64,000 nucleotides of DNA, from contig CP158635.1 of NCBI GenBank assembly GCA_050273025.1, positions 19,096,001 through 19,160,000 of the forward strand. Direction: 5' to 3'. Under the pieces are notes generated by a model. That model made no database searches. It was not told the DNA's origin and was given only the letters and a program-made list of their open reading frames with translations. Positions 52,120-64,000 of the stretch are shown here, piece after piece; the stretch's first letter is position 1; each line of letters opens with the position of its first letter. The DNA is from Cenococcum geophilum (Eukaryota). A program made the position numbers and the translations under genes.

Positions 52120-55100
52120 AATATATAGGGTCCCTAACTATAATAGTGGCGCTATATCTAGAATCTAGTTGGTACTTAACTACTATAACTAATAAGAACT
52201 TATTGTAAATAAGTGGTCCAAAGCTACAGTAAGGACTTATAATTAACGAAAAAATATATAGCAAAATCCTTTAATACTATGCTAGCGAAATTAATAAAGC
52301 GTCTAGTAGTAGGTTGCTAATATCTAGACCTATATAAAATAGAGTTAAGCGTACAGTCTTTAACCTTCTTAATACTAAGTATAGGTACGTGTTTAAGAGA
52401 TCCGATCTACCATTAGAGTTTAAAGCTTTTACTATTACCGCCAAAAAATTTATATAGCGATACGTAACGACTAACAGATATAGAGGTGTAGAGGTTATAA
52501 TAGCTAATACTATTTAAAAGCGTAGCGCCTTGTTTTTTAGAAAGTAGTTTATTAACTTATCTAGATTAAGGGTAACCTCCGAGGCTGCCTAGGTGCTTAG
52601 TAATCTATCTATTAAAGCCCTATAATAGCTAAATACTATACCTATACTATTTTATAAAATAAGCTTTACTATATATAGTTACTTAGATAAAACGCCATTT
52701 ACTAGGGCCCCTATTCTATACGGATTTATATTAAAAACTAAGTATAAGTATCTATTGTCCAATTTTCTAGAGAAAATTAATGTATATTACTGTGGATATA
52801 ATAAGCTACAGGCCGCGATAAGTAAAAACTTCTTGGCGGATAAATATAGGGATAGCTGGACTATAGTAGATCTAACTACTGGTATACTAATTCTTAACTA
52901 TATAAACCTAGTATTTATGGTGCTTTCTGTAAAAAAGGCCGGACTTAATATAATTATAATTAGAGTTAAAGATCCTAATCGGATTATAAAGCGTAAGAGA
53001 CTTTATAATTTATAAGATTGTATAATATTATATAGAGTTGTTTAACGTACATTTATAGGTATAAGATTTAATAAGGGTAATTCTAAGTCTAACTCTAACC
53101 CTAATATTATACGACTGGTGCTAACTAGGAGAAGAATAAACACACTTGCCCTAGATTAAAGTAGTTATAAGCAGTTAACCCTAGAGTCTACGCTACCTAT
53201 ACCTAAGCAGTTAAATCTAAAGCCTATATTAACCCTAAAGTCTACGCCACCTATACCTACTAATATATTATTAGCTATATAGCCGGCTATAATTAAAACT
53301 GCTTATAGCTAGACCTATAGTAGTAAAGACTAGCCCCTACTAGATAAATTAAAGCTCTTAAAAGGTGTGGATCTAGACAAAGTATAAACATTTAAGATAA
53401 TACTATGGGATAAAATAAAAGGATAATATAATAAATGGCTAAAGTCTAATTGCAAAATATTTATTAATATATTATTTAAGGATATGAATAATAACCCTAA
53501 CCTAATTTGTATTGGGGAAATTAATCTTAACCGCATATAGGAGCGCCGCCACTTTAACGCCTTAATTAACCCTATTTCGACTAATAAGGAACCGGAAGAT
53601 AAGCACGAGGATAAAATTAAGGAGGTTAATTAGAAAGTTAATTACCTAAAGGACGTACGAGAAGTATATATTAACCTAATATTATAGGTAAAGGTGCTAT
53701 AGTTCCTCTTATTTCCGTTAACTATTTATAACACTCTTTAAGACGTAACCTTCTACTTATACGGTATAAAAAAGGGTAAAGCTATATAGATATATTAGCT
53801 GCTTAGTATTACCTATACTCTTCTTAATTATATAACCCTAGGTAGGACCTTTTTTGCGGATATAATGGGTTTAGGTAAGATGCTTTAAATGCTTTTAATC
53901 TGGTATACTAGTATATTAATAACTAAGATTAACCTTAACTAGCTTAATTAGAAAAATTAAAAAGGTAGAGATAAAAGTCTCTACTTTACCCCTAGTATAG
54001 ATAAACACCTATAGCCGCCTAACGCCTAATACCTGAGTTAAATAGATAGTATGCTATAGTGCTGTTGTGTTAAGGGAAGTATTACTAGAAAATTTCTTAA
54101 CTGGCTAGTAGGACTAACTATATACATTACTAAATAGAATTTACTGCCCTAAGCGGTTAAAGACATTAAATTATGGTTTAAGACCTTAAAACTAAATAAT
54201 TTTATTCTTAAAGGTAAACTATAAGTCCGCGTGCGTTATACGGCTTTTATTAGGTCTAGTATAAAGAAGTATAATTTTACGGATAAAGATAGGGATATTC
54301 TTAAACCTATAAAATATAAAGGAGAAGGCGAAGTGGTCTAGTAGAAAATGGACCCAAGATTAGCTTTATATCTTATAATTACAACCTTATAAACTTAGGC
54401 AATAACTTAGACCGCTTAGAAATAGTATAAACCCATTTTTAATCTCTATAGAGACGGTGGTCCTCGTTATATTATTAGTGGGATTTTTACTAATAAGTTT
54501 TATATAGATAGGTTAGAGATAGGTTATCTAATAAAAATTGCTAAATAAGTGTATAATAATTAAGCAGTATTTCCTTACTTTTAACACCCGGGCCGGTCTT
54601 ATAAGGACGGTAATAGTAAAATAACCTACTATACCTCTTAACCTTTAGTAGTGTTTACTTCCGGTATACTAACTAGTGAAGGTTTTACAAGTCTAATTCC
54701 CGCCTTAGAAATTTTTAGGGCCCCTAATTAGACGGATTCCCTAAATATAAAATTAATTAATAATTATATTGTTAAAGCGTTAATTAAATATAAAAAGCTA
54801 GGAGTAGCTAATTACTCTTTTCTTCTAAATAAGGTTATTATAGGCTTTAAAAAATGCTCCTCTTTAATTATAAAGGTCTTAATTATACGCAAAATAGGGG
54901 AAAACCAATGGTTTAATAGGAGGGTAATTAATAAGCTACTACTAGTTGTCTACTAAGACTGCTATATAATGAACGATTCAATATTTAAACCGTATATTAA
55001 AAAGCTTTGGTGTGGAGCATCCCTAGAAGCTTTTAAATAGCTAAATAAAGCTTTTAGATATTAAAAAGCTAAAGGAAGAAAAGGAGAAGAACCCGTCTTT

Positions 55101-55940
55101 AATATAGATTAATTTCTAGAGGGAGCCGGTCGCTTATTAAAAAATTTTGCTATCTTTTTAGGCCTGGCTAAGGTAGGAGATAAGTGATAGGATATATAGT
55201 AGAAGGATAAAATAAAAGTTGGAATAAAGTTAAGGTAGACAGTTAATAAGTTCTACAGCGAAAAATAGGATAAACCTTTAGATGAGAATCTACTTTGGAA
55301 GAATTAGAGCATAATTACTAACTCTGGGAAACTAAATAGAATTATAAAATACGTTAATAAAGTACTTAAAAGGAATCCTAATAAGAGACTACTATTTAGT
55401 AGTTATAAACTAGCGGTATATACGCTATTACGCCTTATAAGTTAGCTATTAGACTAGTGGTAAACTGTTACTAATAATATAATATAGTATTTCTATAAAA
55501 GGCTCAGCCAGTCTAAATATTTAACTGTTTACTAGATAGAGTTTAGGATATCCCTAAAAGACTAGGAGGATATTTGTGAAGCGTTTTGTATTTTAATAGG
55601 CGGTCCTTACTAGAATAACGTGGTCTAGTTTCTTATTATTAACTAAAGAGTTAGAGGAGAGGGTCTAAATTTGGTCTCTACGCATAGAGTCTATCTACTT
55701 AAACTGGCGATAATAGTAGATATAGAGGTGTAAGTATTTGGCCGAGCTGCTAGATCTGGACAGCTAATGCTAGTAGTTACTATATTAATAATGTATAGTA
55801 TAGATAAGTGGAACCTAATTAATATAGTTATATTAGCGAGGCGTATAATAACTAAAAGGATAACAATTGATAAGTTTTATGAAGTATTTAAAGCCTAACC
55901 TATTTAGCAGGCTAATAATAATATAATGGAAATAGTGTAG
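52120..55940 (+). pseudogene. SNF2-family (SF2) helicase/ATPase with a long N-terminal extension, RIP-inactivated
   Basis: FFADIMGLGKML (motif I, ~53850), FADEFH-like motif II (~54485), TSGTP-like motif III (~54660), and GEGLNLVSTHRVYLL...FGRAARSGQ (motifs V/VI, ~55650-55765). Probable intron at ~55436-55487. Ends are approximate. Confidence 0.83.
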
Positions 55941-57103
55941 CTAGTATAGTTGGAGTAGCGATCCACTGTAATAAGAGTATATCTTAGTATAATGTATATA
56001 TATATAGATAATATATAACTATTTAATATTTTATAATATATTATCTTAGTGTTAACTACCTTATAACTAACTAAACCTTAGAAAGTTTAAATTTTGTTTA
56101 GATTAATATTACTCTGGCTACTAACTACCTTAATACCTATTAAGTAATTTAGCCTATAACCCTACTAACTCTTATTCCTAATATACATTAATAATTCCTA
56201 TTAAGGTGTATTCTTTTTACTAATAGACTATATATATATACTATCTTTATTATTCCAAAAGCCTAATTGGTATATAAGAGGATTATCCCATAACTAAAGC
56301 TCCCTCTATATCTTAAATTATTACAAGAAGTAAGACGGCATTAAAATAGATAAACTAATGTTTATAACTACCGCTTTCATCTACTAATTATATAGTTATA
56401 GCGTATATACATAGTTATCTGCTATAAGGGGGAACCGTTAGTAGTAGTTTTTGAGATCTTATTATCCTATATAAAACTTTCACTACTACCTATAACGTCT
56501 TAACGACTACTAGCTCCTACCTATACGCTATGCGACGTCTATACAAAATCCCTAACAGTAAAGAAAAGCGTACCCTGATTATTCTATTTAATCTACTTTT
56601 TACCTTTTTCTATTAGTGTAAGATATTAAATTAACCTATAATATAATGCTAACTAGAATAATTAGTAAACTTAGCTCTGCTAGATAAATATACTTAATTA
56701 TAAGGACTAAAACCCTATTACTATTAAGCTTATTATACTATAAAATAAAAGGGCTATTATTAATATTGGTACGTTTTAAAGGTACTTTATTAGCCAGCAC
56801 TAATAGATATAAGTTAATGGACTACCTACTACTTTGTATTTAATGGTTTTAAGAATAATAGGGCAAAATATGCTGTTATTTATCGTGCTCTTACTAACTA
56901 TAATATTTAATTTATTATAGGCCAGAAATTTAACCTTAAAGATAAGCAAAAGGTAGACTTTTGGGATATGTTAGATATATTACGGACGAAACCTTTATAT
57001 AACCTACCCGTATTAGAACACCTTAATAGCAGTACTATACTATTGGATTTTGCTATTAGGTATTAGTAACTAAGCAATCTTAAATCTTTCCCTTATTACC
57101 TAG

Positions 57104-57335
57104 CCCTAAGCCTTATTATATTACTAAGACTTATTATATTATTGAGTTTTATTGTATTACTGCTAAGCCTTATTACGTTACTAAGTCTTATTATATTGTC
57201 GAGTCTTATTACGTTGCTAAGCCTTATTACGTCGCTAAGCCTTATTGTATCATCAAGTCTTATTACATTACCGAGTCTCATTGCATCGCCGTTAAGCCTT
57301 ATTACGTCATTAAGCCCTATTACATCGCCGCCGAG
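57104..57335. repeat. 18/21-bp tandem repeat, probably the coding repeat (GDVxRL)n of a RIPed minus-strand ORF (~57080-58350)
   Basis: Units such as TAAGCCTTATTACGTCGC; unit lengths are multiples of 3. Confidence 0.75.
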
Positions 57336-58409
57336 CCTCCTAGCTAGATTGAGTAATTGGACGTCGCGCATTTAACTCCTAGGCGTGGCGGGTTTAATTC
57401 CTACTTGTCGCGCATTAAAAATATTAAAAATATTAAAAAAGAAGGTCGTTTCCTATTAAATTAGGCGTTAGTAAGGCTCCAAATTAAGCTCGTATTTTTG
57501 TATATATCCCATAACGCCTAAAGTCATATATTTAACGAAATCTTAGCACTATATACTAAGCATATTGGCTCTTCTACGTTAAGTTTTAATTACGTTGGGC
57601 TAGCTCTAAATTATAGTAAGAGGCAGAATGTACTATACTACTACACTATAAGGACTTTGGAATGTAACTTTATAAATTTAACTAAATTATAACCCCTTCC
57701 TAAACCTCACAATTAAACTAGATCTTTAGGGAGAGATCCCTACATCTTAGGGAACGTTTGGTTATAACTTTAGATTAAATCTAAAGGCCGTAGAATATAT
57801 CTAAGCTGAAGCTTAAATCTAATTCTAACGCGATTGTTTAATTAATCTGGCGACTTTTTAATCTAAAAGCTCCTCTAAATCGGCAAGCGCGTTAAATTCG
57901 TAAGCTATACCGTATATAGAATCTAAATTTATAAATATAGGGTATCTCTATTACTGTAGTGGCTACTATAGTAACGGGGGCGCTATATTTTAGTAAGTAG
58001 TTAATCTGCTATGTCTCTGCGACTGTAGTGGCGAGGCACCTTAAGTTTAACACCACGCTAAGTATTACAACTTTCCTGTAGTGATTGAGCAACCTTAAAC
58101 TAAAGCGATTATAGAACTTACTATACCACTGCGCTATAAAGGCCCTTAGTTATAGTCTTATGAATTTAATTAAAATATAAATACCTTCCTAAATTTAACG
58201 ATTGAATATTTTTACGTGTAATACTATGCTAAGGATTATAATATAGATTGCTTAGATATAGCTTTACTATAATATAACGGCTCTACGCCAATTAATTAAT
58301 CTATAAGAGATTTAGGTAGTAAAATTACTACTAAGAGTTACTGCCTAGATCCTGGTTAATAAATACCTATAACTATAATTTTAGTAAATGGTAAAAAGTA
58401 TATAGTAGT

Positions 58410-58706
58410 ACTAAGATAATAGTAGGACAATATAAGACAATAATAGGATAATATAATATAATAGTAGGACAATGATAGGATAATATAATATAATGGTAGG
58501 ATAATAATAGGACAATGTTAGAACAATATAATATAATAGTAGGGCGATAATAGGACAATATAATATAATGGCAGGACAATGTAATACAATGGTAGGATAA
58601 TATAATACAATGGTAGGATAATATAATACAATAGCAGGACAATGTGATATAATGGTAGGACAATATAGGACAATATAGGACAATAGTAGGACAATATAAG
58701 ACAATA
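58410..58706. repeat. 10/20-bp tandem array (GTAGGACAATATAATATAAT-like)
   Basis: Directly visible periodicity; it produces the low-complexity ORFs at 58373-58704. Confidence 0.9.
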
Positions 58707-59418
58707 TGAAAAAATAAAATATAAGATATAAAAAGAGGGAGCCCTAACGCTTTCTCTTCTTCCTACTTTTACGGCCCTAGCGCCTAATATAGTGTAATAT
58801 CGTCTATCCGTATAAGTGATAGTATTAAGACGGTTAGAAGTACTAGGAAATTTTATAAAGTATATATTACTTTAAGTAATATACCTAAATAACTAGTTTA
58901 GTGTATAGTTTGTATAATATATAATAATAACAGGGGGATCTTCTATTGTTATATTACTAAGTAATACCTTTAAAGCCACGTTTTTCTAGTGCCTGGAGGT
59001 CTTTAGATTATTATAAGACGCTTTATAAGAACTTATTTTAGTATAGTGGCTTAAGATTTGTTAAGCCCTATAGTAGTTATATCTAACTAGTCTTTAAGAA
59101 TATAAATATTCTTAAATAAGGAAGTATCCTTAATAGCTATAATTAAACTAAGATCTGTATAAGGCTTATTTATAATATATTATAGTACTTTAATATTCTA
59201 TTAAACTTAAACAAGGTGTTCTAATAACGGGAATCTATTAATAGTTAGATATCTTCTTATTTAGAAAATATTATATACTTACGGCTCTCTTATTAGCTTT
59301 TATAATACTAATATAGTATAGTAACTAACTTTATAAAATCTAGTTTATTCCTTAACTATTGTTTATAATATGGATAAGTCGATCTTAATATCTTTAGGTC
59401 TTAAAGAATAAGTTAACC

Positions 59419-62400
59419 TATTCGTACTAACTTAATAGCACGAGTGAGTTGTATCCACGGGCACGAAATACATGTAGTATCGTATGCTTGTTTGGATGGT
59501 GACTGTCGATTGTATGAAGCAGACTACGTGGTCTATATACTAATGCACCTCCCCCCTAATTAGTTAGTGCTTTATAAGTGCACCAGGCGCGTAAGCAAGT
59601 GGTTAGTGCACTAAACGCGTAAACGCGTACCTGGTATACCGAACGCGTAAGCACGCGGTTGGTATAACAGGTGCTGTAATTATATACTAGCGGTACTTAA
59701 AAAATGAAACTACCTATATACAGCCTCCGTAATTGCTTTAATAAAACCATAAAACACAAAGGAAAATATATAGGAAATCTCCCCCGAGGTGCCGTCTAGG
59801 CTGCCTTCTAAATGGTGCTTTAAGCTGGCCGTAAGTCCTGCTTACGGTCCGTAAAATAAACTATACGGCCTTTTAACGGGCCGTAAATGCACCGTACGGC
59901 CTTCCGACGGGCCGTAGCTAAACTGTAAATACTCTATTAGTCTCGCTCTACCCATTCTATAACCTTTAGGTTAAGCTTGTTTGTGTTAATTAGGGTTTTA
60001 AGAGCTTAATACGGCTTTGCCTTAGTTATAGCGTCTGCTAGGTTGTTTCCGCTACTGATCTATTTAACCTCCGTAATCTCACGTCGTTTGTAGGCCTAAT
60101 GTAAGCATATTAGGTTGACTATGAGCCTCTTCTCTTATATTGTACCTAGTTTAACTAGGCAGTTATAAAGGGACTTTAAATTAATATATAAAACTAGGGG
60201 TAACTGCTCTAGTTATACAATCTTTTGGACCGTTAATTTAATTGCGGCTACTATATTAAATCTATAAGCTAGTGTATATAGTTTAAAAGCTAGTACACTA
60301 CGGGTTACTCGTTTACACTTAATTAAAGACTAGTATAGTATATTTGCGTCCTAATTATGGTCCGTAAGTATAATTATAAAGCCGATTTATAATAATAGGT
60401 CTTTATTATTAGTAAAGGAGGCGTTTGTAAATGCTAGTAAGCTAAGGGAACTTAGGTCTAGTGGTATGAAAGTAAGTCCCCTTACTGTATTGTTAATTTG
60501 CTACTAAAGGCGCTTATTAAGCTACTTAATATTTTCTTTTTATAGATCTACTGCCTAGGCCGCAAAGGATAAGTTATAGGCAGATTTAGGTTGGCAGACT
60601 ATAGCAATATAGGCGCCTCTTGCACGCTATATAGCGTATTAGTCCTTTATATTTACGGTCTTATGGGTTTCTCCGCGGGAACTGGTAAGGTCCGTAGGCT
60701 TTACTATAATAAGCTTTAGGTTTTAAGCTTGGCGTTTCTAGGTTAGCTAGATTAAGTTGCCCTTTTATATAATTAAGCCTCTATTAAACTTAATTAGAGT
60801 CTACTTAGTTAACTACTTTTGTGGCTTTGCTAGGAACTTAGCTTCTTGTAGTTTAGTCTCTTTAGCGTCCGCAAATATCCGGTCTACTAAAAAGAGGGTA
60901 TTATCTGTTTAGAGTCTAATAATACTAAGGCCGTTTAATGGGCTGTATAGGAGGCAGAGGTTGTAGGTCGACTATTCCATTTTAAGTTTACTAATGTGGT
61001 GCTAGTGGTATGTCTTAAACTAGTGGTTTCTAGCTTCTAGTACTCCGTAAAGGGGTTTTATAACCCGTAAAATTATTCCTAGTTATAGGTTAAGTTTATA
61101 GGGTGGTCGTATAAAGATATCCCTACTTAGGTAGGTGTTGGACTGCACGTAGGCTTATAAGATATCCCGTAGGTAAAGAGCTATGGGTTTACTTTACTAT
61201 AGTCCGGGCGTAAGTATAAGTATAATCCGTTAACTAACTCGTTAAATTGTAGGTAATTATATAAGGACTAAGTCCTTTCCCTAGTTGTTATAAGCTTATA
61301 TAATAAGCCTTAACTTTTTAAAGGCTTTATTAGTACTAGGGTGCTTAATTTTATTAATAAAGCGTAAGTTAAATATACAGACGCCTTACGGGACGTCTTT
61401 CTCCGTTATAATTGTAAAGACGCCCTTTTTAAGTAGTCCGTTAATCTCTTTACGTCGTAAGTCCGTAAAAGGGGTTTTCTATACTAGAACTAATATATCT
61501 GTAGGCGGAGATTGCCTTACGGATATTCCTGTGGAGGTTAGGTAGTTCTCTATTACGGGGTTCTTGGTTATAAGGTGCTTTTAGGGGCGTCCTTAGCCAC
61601 GCTTTATAGTAGGTTTAGTAGGTTTAGTGGGTTTCTAGGGGACTTCTAGGGTAGGTAAGGGTGCTTCCAGTTCGTCTAATTCGGCAGTTGCTTTTAGTTT
61701 ATCTAGTTCAACGGTTACTTCTAGTTCGTCTAGCTTAACGTCATGGGTGTTTTTGGGCCGAAAGTAGGGTTTTATGGACGTGCTCCTAAAGCTAGTCGGT
61801 CTGCTAGGGAGTTATATATAGCACGTTTTGTTTTCTACGGCTAGTAAACGGTAAGGTCCCGTCTAGTTGCCGCTTTTACGCCATACAAGGACTTTAGAAT
61901 TAAGCGGGAGGTTATAAACTAAGGTTGTGTCTAGTCCGTTGCGGTAATATAGGGCGCTATTAACTGCTTATTTGGCCCGTAGTTTAACTATTTCGGCTAT
62001 TGCCTTCCGTATTATAGCTACTTATTCCGTAATAGATGGGGCAGAAGGGCCTAGGTTGCTTATCCTTAGGTAGGCTCCATAGACTAAAAGGGTGGGTACT
62101 AGTCCGTCCAGGCTAGTGGTGTTATTAATGGCTTTTACGGCTATCTATAGAGCCAGTTCCTTTTAGATATCTTTATATTCGTCCGTAATAATCTAGTAAG
62201 CTCTCTATAAGGCTAGGTAAGCTTGCTTAATAAGCCTAATGGACTAATGCGCTTTAACTAGAACAGCTTTTATTAATATAGCTATGGCCGTAGTATACTA
62301 CTAGAATTCCTTACTAATAAAGTTTCTACTAGCGTTATAGGTAATATACTTAGGGGGTCTAATATATGTGTTAATCCAGCAGGTCCGTAAAATGTCCTAA

Positions 62401-64000
62401 GTATATTTTATAGATATATTTTGTAACCAACGGGCGGCTTAATAGTGGGTTGCCTTATCAATTATATATAATACTAGGCTGCCGTTAATGTATATAATGT
62501 CTACGTATACTAAGTAGTTAAAGTTAAGGTCCTTATAAAGGGTGAACTTAAATTAGCCTAGGGAACGTCTGTATTTCTGGCAAAAGGAGCAGTATTTAGT
62601 TAGGTAGTTAATTGCCTTCCTATTAATGTTGTCGTGTCTAGAGCGTTTAAGGACTCTATATAGCTTTTCGGCTAATAGGTGGCCAAAATGGCGGTGTAGA
62701 CGGTGGATCTCTGTACTGGTAAGGTAGCACGGGTTATAGTTAAAAGATTCCTAAATATAGGTCCGTAAAGTCTCTCCCTATATAAGGAACGGGTATCCAA
62801 ATCGTCGTGTAATTAGTAGGGTAATATGCTTACTTCTTAGGGCAGTTGTGGGGCCGATCAAGGTGTCCGTAATATTGTTATAGTAAACCTATAACCTGTT
62901 TATATCCGCAAGGTAAAGTAAGAAAGGGGTATCTGCTTTTACTATATGGAAGTTAACTAGGCCAATTAGGGTCTTAACTGTAACTAATTTAATTAATGCA
63001 GTTAAGCTAATGCCGAATTGGACGTTTACGGCCCCAGTTTACGTAATATTAATATCCGTATTATTATTTACGGTGGTCCTATATGCAAGGTATTATCCGT
63101 AGCCTATAGTAGACTTCTTAGAGGCGCCTATATCGATTATAACACTATAGAATTCCTTGGGGGTATAGCGTTCTGTAGTAATATATGTAAATAGGTCCTA
63201 CTTATAATCTATAACGTCCGTAATGGGGGTACTTACGGAATAGTTTTTGGGCGTAACTGAGTGTATAAAGGAACGGTCGGCTAATACGGTCGTAATATTA
63301 AAGGCTTAGCTATCCGTAAAAGGTCTAAAAGTAGTTAGAAACATCTCTGGGGTCTCCTATTCCTAGTTATCTAGGTTAAAGTTAATTATAAGGGCTTCTA
63401 TTAACTCATTAGGGGGCTCCTCTTCTTCCTCTCCTTTATATTCTAAGATAAACTGGCTAATCTGTTTATTAAATCTCTTCTTAGACCTGTTATGTTCTTC
63501 TTAGGTATACCTTATAGACTAACATTCTTCCTTACCACACATAAAGCATTTCTGGCTTATTTATTTATAGGGGTATGCTTTTATACGGGGGTTGCTGCAG
63601 GGGTTATAGGTAGGACTTGGTTAGTACAGGTGCTGCTAGTAGTAGCGGCGGTCTGTAAAGTAGACGTCTAAGTCTATTTACGGATATTAAATATCTATAA
63701 TAAAGGCTTAAGTGCTGCCTGGTGGGTTTAAGACTTTGTAGGTTATAATAGAGGAGCGTAGATTATTAATAAGGCCAGCTAAGGTATTTACAGGCTTGTA
63801 ATAGGCGTACTTGTAGGGCTCTACTTTCTAGCAGGCCGTAATAAGTTTATTATATAGAAAGTCGTCTATTTAAAGCTTAGCGTTAAGGCCGTACTATAGG
63901 TGCTAGAGGTCTTTAATAAGAATTTGCAGGCACTCTATAGTCAATTTTTTAGTGTTCTTATTAATTACGGTCCGTAGCTTAGTTGTATTCTATTAGGTAA
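59419..64000 (-). mobile_element. Ty1/Copia retrotransposon, third divergent family, running off the window
   Basis: Minus-strand gag knuckle (KCFMCGKEEC), protease (IIIDIGASK), integrase (LHRHFGH), RT (KPLYGVLEARNH) and RNase H ending near 59937. An LTR-like segment starts at 59419; its inner boundary is ambiguous (59547 or 59669). Confidence 0.87.

Larger units (their letters stand above)
45958..59418. mobile_element. Putative large Plavaka-family DNA transposon with cargo genes; right end not visible
   Basis: Sharp junction into the Copia, subterminal tandem repeats, a Plavaka transposase, and uniform RIP across all its genes. Confidence 0.6.

Noticed and set aside
58373..58704. ORF-track proteins of 96 and 97 aa
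   Set aside because: They are translations of a 10/20-bp tandem repeat with low-complexity Y/I/L content.
45958..59418. Starship element
   Set aside because: No tyrosine-recombinase captain motif was recognised at the visible boundary; the first gene is a Plavaka transposase.

Overview
AT-rich fungal (filamentous ascomycete-type) DNA that is almost entirely nested transposable elements degraded by repeat-induced point mutation (RIP): paired repeats differ mostly by C>T/G>A and reading frames are full of TAA/TAG stops. Boundaries and target-site duplications (TSDs) can be read for three Ty3/Gypsy families, three Ty1/Copia copies, a Tad1-like LINE, pogo- and Tc1-type DNA transposons, a MITE and a solo LTR. 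A small GC-balanced island (about 30.2-33.6 kb) holds the only intact gene, a 3-exon, 670-aa membrane protein of unknown function, next to a decayed patatin/NB-ARC (NLR-like) pseudogene. Two items stand out. First, a ~1.02-kb non-autonomous retroelement in two copies begins exactly with an HDV-like self-cleaving ribozyme fold (with an unusual compensatory P1.1) and ends in a LINE-like 3' end with a (CTA)n tail. Second, a block of at least 13 kb carries a Plavaka transposase, a SNF2-type helicase gene and other unknown ORFs, and looks like a large cargo-carrying DNA transposon. All protein calls are by-eye motif recognition in RIP-damaged frames; no searches were run.
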